Assembly (NCBI RefSeq): GCF_036323395.1 | Contig: NZ_AP028907.1 | Location: forward strand, 90,001 to 122,000 | DNA length: 32,000 nt | Origin: Pyrodictium abyssi | GTDB lineage: Archaea > Thermoproteota > Thermoprotei_A > Sulfolobales > Pyrodictiaceae | Direction: 5' to 3' | Shown: in pieces, positions 17,466 through 25,825 of the stretch | How the letters are laid out: each line of letters begins with the position of its first letter | Numbering within the stretch: the first letter of the stretch is position 1 | The notes under the pieces: generated by a model | Seen by the model: the letters and a program-made list of their open reading frames with translations, nothing else | Told to the model about the DNA's origin: nothing | Databases searched by the model: none | Position numbers and translations under genes: made by a program

Positions 17466-17762
17466 TCACTCTTCCTTCTCTATCACGGCTGCTGTGCCGT
17501 AGGCTAGTAGGAGCACCCATTCGCCGCCTACGCCTACTACCCTCCTCGTCTCTATACGGAGGCCGAGCACCGCGTTGGCGCCCCTCTTCTTTGCCTCGTG
17601 CTTCACGCGCTCCATTATCGCGTCTAGCTCGGCCTCGAGGCCCGCTACTGTTAGGCTTATGGGCCTGGAGGCGTATACTATTCCCTTCAGCTCGCGTACC
17701 CTATAGCCTCCAGGCCTGTCGATGCTAAGTAGTACTACATCCTCTGGCATGCAGCAACACAC
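17466..17762 (-). CDS. YbjQ/UPF0145-family (DUF74) protein
   Basis: Its size (~95 aa) and pattern G..V.....S............E........A.KRGANAVLGLRIE........E...YGTAV are typical of the family. The likely start is the internal ATG at 17750 (MPEDVV...). Confidence 0.75.
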   Translation of the reverse strand: MCCCMPEDVVLLSIDRPGGYRVRELKGIVYASRPISLTVAGLEAELDAIMERVKHEAKKRGANAVLGLRIETRRVVGVGGEWVLLLAYGTAAVIEKEE

Positions 17763-17936
17763 CCCTACTAGGATACTATAGCCTATGGGTGGGCTAAATC
17801 CTCATGGTTAACTACTAGGGATAACAGTTATGCGGAGATATGACAACTGTCCTCGGTACCGTGTCCTGGAGAGCCCCCGCACAGAGCCCAGCACTGAGGG
17901 CTGCACCCCGTGGAGTAAAAGGCAGAGGCTCTGACG

Positions 17937-19139
17937 CTACTCTCCGAGCCTCTGGAGGAGCCTAGTAGTCAGCATTGCGACCCTAACCTTGCCGGTGCCG
18001 CGTGCCAGTAGTAGGCCGTGCTGGAGCACCGTGTAGCACTTTATACACGGCGTGACCACCTCGCTTACGCCTTGCCTCATTATCCTCTCAGCTCTCCAGC
18101 GGTAGACACGGCTACGCGTCTCGACGAAGGGCTTCTCGCGGAGATAGTTGACGCCTCCTCCGCCGCCACAACAGAACGTGAGAGGCGGCCTATCCTTCAT
18201 CAGCCTAGAGCCGGACAGCCTCGTGACCACTGGGCAGGCATAGCGGTAGCCGAAGCGGCAGAACCCGCAGCTCGTGAAGAGCACAGAACCCGTATCCCCG
18301 CTAATGCTCTCCAGTAGGCGGCGTGGTGCACGCCGATCCACAATGGTGAACACGTTTACGAACTCCACGCCGCCTAGCCTAGTGAGCCCGTACTTCTCGG
18401 CCATGTGGACAAGCTTCACGTCGGCGCCGCACGCCGAGGTTATCACGGTTTTTGCACCAAGCCTCTTAGCCTCCTCGACTACCCTCTCGAGCATAGCGGC
18501 GCCTATATCCGGTCTCGCCGCGTCAACCGCAACATTGCCGCCCAGGTCCAGGGCTGCGGGCGAGACGGTGACCTCGACGCCTATACTACGGAGTAGCTGG
18601 AGTGTCTCACTGAGCCTATCCGGGTACAGTGTCGTCTCAAACGGAGATGGCACGTATAGTGCTTCGCCCGGCGCGCCTGGCTCCACGCCAGCCTTGCGAG
18701 CTGTCTCCTCGAGGACCCAGCGCGGCTCTCTCGGGTCCAATGTGAAGCTGTGGCCAGAGCGTGCGCCGTTCACCGCCACCTGCTCTAGGCTCTTGGGCGC
18801 CTTGCCCTCTAGGCTCAACTTCATTTTGGCTGCGTGTACTAGCCTCCACACCTCTATACCGTAGGGGCACAGAGCTGTACACGCGCCACACATACTGCAC
18901 GTATAGAGGGTGTACATGTCGTCCTCCGTGACCCTGTCGTTGAGCAGCACCTTTGCTGCCGCTTTTAGGCGGCGTGGCGGTGATAGCTGGGGATCCCGCG
19001 TAGCGCGGTACGAGACACAGCCTGCGAGGCATATTAGGCACTGGCTACAGGCTGCTAGCGCTTCACGTGCTATCTCCTCGGCCTCCGCTATCATGTCTTT
19101 TACGCCGCTGCGCTCGACCCTCATCATCTTTAACTCCAT
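17937..19139 (-). CDS. HdrD/GlpC-like iron-sulfur oxidoreductase with two ferredoxin-type 4Fe-4S motifs and CCG domains
   Basis: CSQCLICLAGC and CSMCGACTALCP cluster motifs are present, along with the CCG-domain signatures FCCGGGGG and TPCIKC (plus SCGFC). The track ORF runs to 19208 but crosses the AT-rich divergent promoter, so the start is probably the Met at 19139 (MELKMM...), 19127 or 19124. Confidence 0.8.
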   Translation of the reverse strand: MELKMMRVERSGVKDMIAEAEEIAREALAACSQCLICLAGCVSYRATRDPQLSPPRRLKAAAKVLLNDRVTEDDMYTLYTCSMCGACTALCPYGIEVWRLVHAAKMKLSLEGKAPKSLEQVAVNGARSGHSFTLDPREPRWVLEETARKAGVEPGAPGEALYVPSPFETTLYPDRLSETLQLLRSIGVEVTVSPAALDLGGNVAVDAARPDIGAAMLERVVEEAKRLGAKTVITSACGADVKLVHMAEKYGLTRLGGVEFVNVFTIVDRRAPRRLLESISGDTGSVLFTSCGFCRFGYRYACPVVTRLSGSRLMKDRPPLTFCCGGGGGVNYLREKPFVETRSRVYRWRAERIMRQGVSEVVTPCIKCYTVLQHGLLLARGTGKVRVAMLTTRLLQRLGE

Positions 19140-19217
19140 GTTAATAGCCCCTATGCAGAATTCAGAGCTAAAAAGCCAATCTATAGGGTGTATATCGCAA
19201 GTTTCCAAACTAACACC

Positions 19218-19223
19218 TATAAA
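19218..19223 (+). promoter_or_regulatory. TATAAA box upstream of the PDO-like gene
   Basis: TATAAA lies about 40-45 nt upstream of ATG 19263, inside a ~120-nt AT-rich divergent intergenic region. Confidence 0.35.
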
Positions 19224-19262
19224 GCTGTTAATAGTTTCGCTGGGCGCGGGGGACCAAAACCG

Positions 19263-19904
19263 ATGGTTATAGATGAGGCTGCACTACGTGCTGCTATAAC
19301 CGATGCCCTCCTCCGGTCAGCAGGGCTACCAACGCTAGCCGACGTTGAGAAAATGCTGTCCAAGGCCGAGAAGAGCACAACCGTAACCATAGTAGTCGAC
19401 GGCTCCAAGTACGGCAAGGCCGGGGCCGATCTAGTGGAGAAGCTCGTAGGTAAGTACGAGTCTGTAGAGGTAAAGGTGTCGGAGAAGACTAGCTGGCCCT
19501 CCGACCTACCTCCGCCCCTCATAGTGGTCGGAGGGGGTCTCGGCGGCCGTCTACTGTTCTACGGTGCTCCTGCAGACGTACTGTCGCCGATGTTCATGCT
19601 GGCTGTCGCGGCGTCGTGTGGAGCGTGGAGGCCTAGCAGCTGTAGCGGGCTGGAGGGGGCCCGTGGGAGGGCTAGGCTATACGTGGTGCCGGGTCTACCA
19701 TGCGCCCGCGCGATATACAATTCGCTGCATGTACTCTATTGCAGTAGGGCTGCGGAGCTGGAGATAGTTAACGTGGAGGGCTACTACGCGATGGGTAAGG
19801 AGCTCCCGGTGAAGCAGGTGCCAACGTTCGTATCGCCTAGCGGTAAGAGGCATACTGCTACGCCTAGGAGCCCTGCAGAAGTCCTCAGCTGGTGGAGCAG
19901 CTAG
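19263..19904 (+). CDS. degenerate two-unit thioredoxin-fold protein (PDO-like), monothiol
   Basis: LLFYGAPADVLSPMF resembles the PDO F.G.P.G.E motif. In the second unit, YVVPGLPCARAIY sits where CPYC is expected and VKQVPTFV where the cis-Pro loop is expected. The first unit has no Cys at the CXXC position. Start moved to ATG 19263, downstream of the TATA box; the track start is 19188. Confidence 0.5.
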   Translation: MVIDEAALRAAITDALLRSAGLPTLADVEKMLSKAEKSTTVTIVVDGSKYGKAGADLVEKLVGKYESVEVKVSEKTSWPSDLPPPLIVVGGGLGGRLLFYGAPADVLSPMFMLAVAASCGAWRPSSCSGLEGARGRARLYVVPGLPCARAIYNSLHVLYCSRAAELEIVNVEGYYAMGKELPVKQVPTFVSPSGKRHTATPRSPAEVLSWWSS

Positions 19905-20022
19905 CCCAATCACAGTGATTGTTTCCTGGACCTAGTTTCGTACTATACGCGACAATACAGATAAACGTTGGCAACGAGGACCCATCGTGAATGGATGAGT
20001 ATTCCCGCGGGGGTGCCGTGCT

Positions 20023-20268
20023 ATGGCGAGGGCAGAAGAGCTGGACCTCACGAAGCTGACCGCGCTCTGCGGCGACTTCAGTGTGCACATACTTGCTAAG
20101 CTGGAGGGCCTAGAGAAGGGCGATAGGCTTACCGTCAAGATAAAGAAGGAGGACCGTGAACTCCTAGAAGCAGCTATATCTGCTATAAGGGATGCTGGCG
20201 TAGCAGAGCCCATCGAGGAGGGTGAGGAGGGCGAAGCCTTCTACATAGTTCTCGAGAAGCGGAGGTGA
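20023..20268 (+). CDS. TusA/SirA-like small protein (candidate sulfur-carrier fold)
   Basis: 81 aa, the same length as E. coli TusA. It shows the pattern LD...L...C(G)D......KL..L..GD.L.V.......  ...YIVLEKR. The conserved Cys is retained, but CP is replaced by CG. Confidence 0.5.
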   Translation: MARAEELDLTKLTALCGDFSVHILAKLEGLEKGDRLTVKIKKEDRELLEAAISAIRDAGVAEPIEEGEEGEAFYIVLEKRR

Positions 20269-20278
20269 ATACGACTAG

Positions 20279-20899
20279 ATGTTTTCAGGCACCGAGCTAG
20301 TCTCTTTCACAGTAAGTTACGGTTTCGCCATATTCCTTGTCGCCGCGCTAGCACCGCTAGTCTACGTTGGGCTAGGAGGCACCCCTGGGTACCGGAACTC
20401 CCTTAGGACGACAATGAGGCTACTACGCAGCACACTCGCAGCCCCCATGCTGGAGCACCCTATGCCCCTAGTAGCCGCTATCGCATCACTATTCCATGCC
20501 AGCATAGTCATAGCGTTAGCCGCGCATCTAGTCCTGGCAGGTGCCCAGTGGAATGGAGGACTTTATCAGCTCTCGTCCACAGCCGTAGCGGCTATACTCT
20601 ACGCGAAGAGGACTGCCGCAGTGATTATCCTGTTCACCGCCCCAGTACTGCTTAGTGTCAGGCTCTACACCGGCGCTAGGTTTAGGCTTTTCAACTGGAA
20701 GCACGTCCTTCTCACTATAGGCGATCTGCTGCTACTAGTACTAGCGGCGACAGGGCTCATGATGCGAGGCAATACGGGCCTTCTCATAGCCCATGTGGCC
20801 ACCGGGCTTATCGCTGTAGCCTACTTCATCGTACTGCTCGCTGTGGGGCACCGTCTATACTCGCGGGCTCTAGCCGAGAACCGTGTACTCGAGGTGTAG
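20279..20899 (+). CDS. NarI/HdrE/DsrM-like integral membrane protein (candidate dihaem cytochrome b)
   Basis: About five TM helices and no Cys. His73/His83 are 10 residues apart in one helix and His172/His191 are 19 apart in the last helix. This approximates the NarI haem-ligand spacing (10 and 18) as I remember it. Confidence 0.5.
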   Translation: MFSGTELVSFTVSYGFAIFLVAALAPLVYVGLGGTPGYRNSLRTTMRLLRSTLAAPMLEHPMPLVAAIASLFHASIVIALAAHLVLAGAQWNGGLYQLSSTAVAAILYAKRTAAVIILFTAPVLLSVRLYTGARFRLFNWKHVLLTIGDLLLLVLAATGLMMRGNTGLLIAHVATGLIAVAYFIVLLAVGHRLYSRALAENRVLEV

Positions 20900-20906
20900 C
20901 GTTACA

Positions 20907-21476
20907 ATGCCCTCAAGGGCTCTGACGGCTGGTATACTCGTAGCCCTGCTGTCTGTAGCGATTCTACTAGCTCTAGACCGTATATACGCGAGCAAAGCCG
21001 CTACCACTGTGCCAGCAGCCTCAACCACCGCTACCAGCAGCCAGCAAGAGATCCATGGGAGAATAGTAGTTATACTAGGCACTGAGAGCTGCCCCCACTG
21101 CCGCGCTATGGAGGCATTCTTCCGGGAGGAGTTGCCGGGCCGGGCGTACTTCTGCGAGATAACGGAGAAGGGCTCTAGCTGTGAGGCTGCGTTCGGCCTC
21201 CTAGTCAGCAAGAGGGTTACAATGGCTGTACCCACTATGGTCGTCTGTGACACGGATAGGCGCGTCGTAGAGGGAATAATCATAGGAGAGTTCCGGGACG
21301 CTAAGTGGTGGAGAAACGTCCTCGAAAACGGTCTACCAGGAGGCAATGAGACCAGTATACCCGTGTACATGGTTGACCGGGTAACCGGTGCTATGGAGGT
21401 CGAGCCCAGGGCCATGGAGAAGCTCTATAGCGTGCTATGCAACGCTACTCTAGCTGATGCCAAGCCTCTAGGGTGA
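20907..21476 (+). CDS. membrane-anchored extracytoplasmic thioredoxin/glutaredoxin-like protein, CPHC active site
   Basis: An N-terminal TM anchor (ALTAGILVALLSVAILLAL) is followed by a Thr/Ser/Ala-rich linker, then VVILGTESCPHCRAMEAFF and a cis-Pro-like AVPTMVV. Start taken as ATG 20907; the track's GTG at 20883 overlaps the upstream gene. Confidence 0.75.
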   Translation: MPSRALTAGILVALLSVAILLALDRIYASKAATTVPAASTTATSSQQEIHGRIVVILGTESCPHCRAMEAFFREELPGRAYFCEITEKGSSCEAAFGLLVSKRVTMAVPTMVVCDTDRRVVEGIIIGEFRDAKWWRNVLENGLPGGNETSIPVYMVDRVTGAMEVEPRAMEKLYSVLCNATLADAKPLG

Positions 21477-22150
21477 CGGTGGGCCGTATGGGCCTACTCG
21501 CAGAGCTTTTCACACTAGCAGCGCTCGATAGCATAAACCCATGCACATTCTACATCTATACAGTCCTCCTGCTCTCGGTCTCCATAAGAGAGCAGAGCAG
21601 CCGTGCAGTACTGGCTACCGGGTTAGCTTTTGTCGCTGGCGTCTACCTGGGCTACACGCTGCTTGGACTCGGAATCGCCGGGGCTGCCGCTGCGCTTCCA
21701 GTATGGCTTCTATCATTGGCAGCTGGGGGCTACGGCGCCTACACTATAGTTGCCGGGCTCTACGAGCTACGGGGGAGAAAGCGGCCCGGACCCCAGAGGC
21801 CTGGGGGCAAGCTGGCCCCAAGAGCTCTACGGGTCACGAGTAGGCTAGGCGCCTTCGGGCTAGGCCTGCTACTCTCGTTCACACTATTGCCGTGCAGTGG
21901 CGGCCCGCTAGTAGCCTTCGTGATGCTAGCTAGCGCCGAGGGCTACGGTGGGCTGCTCGTAGCTCCTCTTCTGCTGCTCTACAATCTAGTCTTCGTCTCA
22001 CCGCTGATAGCTATAGGCCTCGCAGCTGCTGCTGCCTACCGTGTAGAGCGGGTACAACAGGCGATAGCCCGTGCAGGCCCCTATGCCTCCATATTCGCAG
22101 GCCTTGCACTGATAGCCATTGCTGTCTATATCTATGTGCGGCCTGGCTAG
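21473..22150 (+). CDS. ccdA: CcdA/DsbD-family thiol:disulfide transmembrane electron transporter
   Basis: Six hydrophobic helices carry the two family-defining Cys motifs: LDSINPCTFY in TM1 and LLPCSGGPL in TM4. The GTG start overlaps the upstream stop (GTGA); ATG at 21488 is an alternative. Confidence 0.8.
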   Translation: MTVGRMGLLAELFTLAALDSINPCTFYIYTVLLLSVSIREQSSRAVLATGLAFVAGVYLGYTLLGLGIAGAAAALPVWLLSLAAGGYGAYTIVAGLYELRGRKRPGPQRPGGKLAPRALRVTSRLGAFGLGLLLSFTLLPCSGGPLVAFVMLASAEGYGGLLVAPLLLLYNLVFVSPLIAIGLAAAAAYRVERVQQAIARAGPYASIFAGLALIAIAVYIYVRPG

Positions 22151-22226
22151 GCCCCGCATCCCGGGGTCGTTTCTACATGCCCAACTATACATGACGCGGG
22201 CTGGCACAGAGGGGCCCTAAGACCTG

Positions 22227-22505
22227 CTAGTATACTACCTTGTAGCGGCGGCCCTGGAGCCTGCCTACGAGGGCCTCGTATTCTCTCCTCCTCATGACCG
22301 TTACTATCTCTACGACCCTGCCCCGGGCCGCGTACACCACAGCTACGTCGTTTGAGCCTAGTGCTAGGTAGACGTCTTCCTCGCTATCGTAGACTATCTG
22401 TACTGGGTCCTCGAGCGCCTCGAGTACGTCGTCGAGGCTTACCCGCCTCTCCTCCATTCTTTCCCGTGCATGCTGGGAGACACGTAGGCTATACCACCAC
22501 GCCAT
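22227..22505 (-). CDS. DUF4258-like toxin-domain protein
   Basis: LRVSQHARERMEERRVSLDDVLEALEDP...VVEIVTVMRR matches the DUF4258 pattern (H A..RM..R.IS..EV). The upstream 42 codons of the track ORF (to 22631) look non-coding, so the start is taken at the internal ATG (MAWWYS...). Confidence 0.55.
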   Translation of the reverse strand: MAWWYSLRVSQHARERMEERRVSLDDVLEALEDPVQIVYDSEEDVYLALGSNDVAVVYAARGRVVEIVTVMRRREYEALVGRLQGRRYKVVY

Positions 22506-22723
22506 GACCGGGGCCCAGGTGGAGCCAGCTGGCACCGGTGCCCTAAATAACGCGCCTCTTAACAGCGCCGCCGGACCCGCCGCGTGTGCGTCTATGCGCA
22601 TACACAGCATCGTGACTAGGCCTGGGAGCACCTATCCAGCCTAGATTCGGCCCCAGCGTAGGAGGCCAACGGGAGGTTCAAAGAAAATAGTATCCCCTGG
22701 AACATTGATGGACACGGCACACC

Positions 22724-23563
22724 CTATGCGGTGAAGCGGCCAGCGTTTACGCTGAGCACGTGGCCGGTTATCGCGCGCGACGCTGGCGTCGCTAGGAAGT
22801 ACACCGCCTCGGCTACGTCTTCGGGCTGTATTATCATGCGCAGAGGGTGTAGCTCTTCTATCTTCTTCCTCTTCTCCGGCGTATCGAGGAACGAGCGCAC
22901 CATGTCCGTCTCCACGAAGCTTGGTGCTACTGCGTTCACACGGATACCGTAGCTCGCCAGTTCTACTGCTAGGCGGCGGGTGAGCCCTATTACGCCCGCC
23001 TTCGACGCCGCGTAGGCCGCCGAAGCCGCTATGTTGCCCGTCTGCCCGGCTATACTCGCGATATTGACTATGCTGGCCCAGGGAGCCTTCTTCAGCATTG
23101 GTAGGAACGTCTTCGTGGCCAGGAAGACACCGGTGAGGTTCACCCGTATCACTTTTTCCCAGTCCTCTAGCCGGGTTTCCTCTATGCTCCCTACGTGGAA
23201 TACTCCCGCGTTGTTGACTAGCACGTTGAGGTGAGGCCACCTGGATTCGAGCTCGCGGTAGGCTTCCTCGAGGCTCCGCGGGTCGGAGACGTCCAGCTGC
23301 AGCACTATAGCCTCTGGCGCGCCTAGCCGGCGAGCCCTCTCCGCGACCTCGAGCGCCTGGTCGCGCCTACTATGGTAGGTCACCGCTACGGCATAGCCCT
23401 CTGAGGCGAAGCGTAGCACCACTGCCCTGCCTATGCCGCGGCTCGACCCCGTCACGAGGACGTATCCTGCCGGTTTTTCTTCCCGCTCAGCTTCTACCCC
23501 TGTAGCAAGCCTGGTGTAGCCTATCACGGGCGCATGTACGGCCATACTCCCTACCATCTTCAC
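22724..23563 (-). CDS. short-chain dehydrogenase/reductase (FabG-like)
   Basis: TGSSRGIGRA cofactor motif, NNAG, and the catalytic S...YAASKAG are present. The start is ambiguous: GTG at 23563, or ATG at 23557 or 23545. Confidence 0.9.
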   Translation of the reverse strand: MKMVGSMAVHAPVIGYTRLATGVEAEREEKPAGYVLVTGSSRGIGRAVVLRFASEGYAVAVTYHSRRDQALEVAERARRLGAPEAIVLQLDVSDPRSLEEAYRELESRWPHLNVLVNNAGVFHVGSIEETRLEDWEKVIRVNLTGVFLATKTFLPMLKKAPWASIVNIASIAGQTGNIAASAAYAASKAGVIGLTRRLAVELASYGIRVNAVAPSFVETDMVRSFLDTPEKRKKIEELHPLRMIIQPEDVAEAVYFLATPASRAITGHVLSVNAGRFTA

Positions 23564-23703
23564 GTAGTAGGGCCCCGGCCGCCCCCGGGGGTCTCCAGGC
23601 CCACAAGCTCTAGAGTAGAGATAGATATGGGTACTAGGCTACCCACTTATGGCCTGGAGGCTCTTGTGCCCCCAGGACGACCCGGAGAGCGCAAAGGCCT
23701 CCG

Positions 23704-24192
23704 ATGGTGCATAACGCTATGGACAGGTCCACCCACGTTGTGTTCGCTACAGGGTTTTCGACTGCTATGCTGTGGGGCCTCAATGCACCCCCGGGCGCAT
23801 TGTTCATAGTAATCCCGGTGGCCATCACGGCCTCCCTTATACCGGATATAGACCTCCACAAGGCACACCGGTCTCTACTACACAACATACCGGTTGCTGT
23901 TTCCCTAACACTACTAGTGTATGCAGCTGCTCTCACTAGTCTTCCCCAGGTACTCGCCGAGCTTGTGGCCCTAGGCTTCCTACTAGGCTATACTAGCCAC
24001 ATCCTCCTAGACATGTTCACGGTACGAGGAGTTGCCCTCCTCTACCCCCTCAGCCGTAGATTCTACAGACTAGCCAGGCTACGTAGCAACGACCCCCTAG
24101 CAAACAAGCTTCTACAGGCACTATCAGCCGCACTAGCAGCATATAGCGCAGCAGCAATGATGGGGCTCGTACCGGCTAAGCCAACACCGTAA
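23704..24192 (+). CDS. YdjM/DUF457-family membrane-bound metal-dependent hydrolase
   Basis: STHVVF....., LIPDIDLHKAHRSLLHN and TSHILLDMFT..G..LLYP are the characteristic His/Asp motifs embedded in TM helices. Confidence 0.7.
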   Translation: MVHNAMDRSTHVVFATGFSTAMLWGLNAPPGALFIVIPVAITASLIPDIDLHKAHRSLLHNIPVAVSLTLLVYAAALTSLPQVLAELVALGFLLGYTSHILLDMFTVRGVALLYPLSRRFYRLARLRSNDPLANKLLQALSAALAAYSAAAMMGLVPAKPTP

Positions 24193-24338
24193 CGCCGACA
24201 CACTCAGCACAGACCTAGGCTATAGCCACGAAGCCCCAGGACAGGATAACTGAGCCCGGGAACGAGGACCACCTGCTAGGAGATAGAGGCGAGAGCATCC
24301 TAGCCAGGCAAGTCGAAAAGCGTGGCTCTTGTTTGGCT

Positions 24339-24343
24339 AAAAA
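24339..24343 (-). terminator. oligo-T (T5) tract about 20 nt after the isp2 stop
   Basis: The plus strand reads GGCTAAAAACATG, so the minus strand reads CATGTTTTTAGCC. A second run, CTTTTC (comp. 24315-24320), follows. The region is convergent with the YdjM-like gene. Confidence 0.45.
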
Positions 24344-24363
24344 CATGTTGAGGTATAGCGGGG

Positions 24364-25788
24364 TTACTGTAGACGCTCGCCTATGTAGGCTGCTATGTGC
24401 CTTACCTGTGTCTTTAGCCCGTATAGCTGCGCGCCGCCAGCTATGGAGTGCATGCAGACCGGACACGCCGTGACTACTATATCGGCGCCGCTCTTCTTGA
24501 TGTCGTCTATCTTCCTCTTCACGGCTATTGTCCAGTGCTCTGCTGTCTTCTGTATGAATTCTAGCTCCTTCTCTCCCGCTACGAGGTCCTTGCTGGAGAC
24601 GCCTAGTAGCTTGCCCATCTGCTCTAGCATCTCCATGTTCATACAGCCTATGCCTCCGCCGCCACCGCAGCAGTAGCTCTCAGCGCCGTGGTGCGGTAGC
24701 TTGCGGAAGCCCTTGCTAGCCGCGCTGAGTACGAAGTTGGGCTCCTCAGTTACGCCGCCGCGGCGTGCGAGCTGGCAGGGGTCGTGCCAGGTTACCTTGT
24801 CGTCGGTCTGGTTTAGCTTGAGCTTGCCCTCCTTTATCAGCTTCTCGAAGAGCTCCACTATGTGTAGTACACGGTAGCTCGGCCGGCGGCCTAGCACCTT
24901 GGGCATCTGGAACCTTAGCCACGGGTAGACGAACCCGCCGTCAAGGAGCACTACGTTCTTGGGCTCATACTTTGATATGTCTGCGTTAAGCATCTTTAGC
25001 ATCTCTCTGGCCTGCTTGAATAGGCCTATGACCGCTGCTATTGGCGGGCGGAATGCGAACGGCTTGCTCGGCAGCGTCCAGTCTACCCCGGCGCGGTCTA
25101 GCACCCTCATTGCGCCTATGACCGCGTCTGGGTAGAACATCGCGTCAGCCATGTTCACTAGGAGGAAGTACTCGGCGCCCTTCTTGTCGAATGGCAGCGG
25201 CTTGCCCAGCGCCTGCTCAGCCTTCTTCATTACCTCGTTCCATATGTACATGAAGCTGGGTATCTTGAGGAAGAGCTTCTCGCGCTCTATTACGTCGAAT
25301 ACAGCTATCAGCGTAGGCGCACGGCCAGACTTGGTGGCTATGCTGGCTAGTATACTCTTTATTATCGCGCCGCTATCGATACCGAAGGGGCATGATACGT
25401 AGCATGCACCGCAGTTGGTACAGCGGTAGACCGCCTCGACGATTGTATCTAGGTCTTTCTCGCTCTTGGGCTTCTTCGCGTTGAGCAGCGGGCCGAGCAG
25501 CTTACCTAATATAGTCGCCTCCTTTCTGTAGATGTTGCGTGCTAGCTCAGCCTTCTCTACCGGGCCGTACTTCTCGGATACATAGTAGTAGGGGCACGAT
25601 GGGGCGCACGCTGCGCATCCTACACAATTCTCGAGGAAGTGTAGCTTGACTGAGTCTAGTGTCGCTAAAGCCTCCTGTATAGTCTTCTCAACCCTGTCAG
25701 CCTGAAAGCCCTCCCACGATATGTTCCTCTTTATCTCCTCTAGCAGCTTCCTAACGTCGGGGCCTGGAGCCGCTTCCGCCACCAACAC
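24364..25788 (-). CDS. isp2: Isp2: HdrD/DsrK-like FeS protein with CCG domains (hydrogenase-associated)
   Basis: CVGCAACAPSCP and CTNCGACYVSCP 4Fe-4S motifs are present, with CCG signatures HDPCQLARRGG, YCCGGGGGIGC and TACPVCMHS. It lies immediately downstream of the cytochrome b gene, as in hynS-isp1-isp2-hynL operons. GTG start. Confidence 0.9.
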   Translation of the reverse strand: MLVAEAAPGPDVRKLLEEIKRNISWEGFQADRVEKTIQEALATLDSVKLHFLENCVGCAACAPSCPYYYVSEKYGPVEKAELARNIYRKEATILGKLLGPLLNAKKPKSEKDLDTIVEAVYRCTNCGACYVSCPFGIDSGAIIKSILASIATKSGRAPTLIAVFDVIEREKLFLKIPSFMYIWNEVMKKAEQALGKPLPFDKKGAEYFLLVNMADAMFYPDAVIGAMRVLDRAGVDWTLPSKPFAFRPPIAAVIGLFKQAREMLKMLNADISKYEPKNVVLLDGGFVYPWLRFQMPKVLGRRPSYRVLHIVELFEKLIKEGKLKLNQTDDKVTWHDPCQLARRGGVTEEPNFVLSAASKGFRKLPHHGAESYCCGGGGGIGCMNMEMLEQMGKLLGVSSKDLVAGEKELEFIQKTAEHWTIAVKRKIDDIKKSGADIVVTACPVCMHSIAGGAQLYGLKTQVRHIAAYIGERLQ

Positions 25789-25825
25789 TATTCACCCCAT
25801 GAACATGTGTCACGAGCATGAGGGG

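Noticed and set aside
17806-17830. CTACTAGGGATAACAGTTATGC, which resembles the conserved 23S rRNA / I-SceI-type TAGGGATAACAG core.
   Set aside because: Only about 12 nt match and there is no surrounding rRNA-like sequence or homing-endonuclease ORF. It lies in a terminator/promoter spacer and is most likely coincidental.
22641-23240. A 199-aa minus-strand ORF overlapping the SDR gene.
   Set aside because: It is in a different frame of the same strand as a clear SDR (TGSSRGIG, NNAG, YAASK). Its translation is Arg/Gly/Pro-rich with no motifs.
23580-23589. The CCCCCGGGGG palindrome between the SDR and YdjM-like genes.
   Set aside because: It is a short GC-only palindrome, expected by chance at this GC content, with no flanking symmetry.
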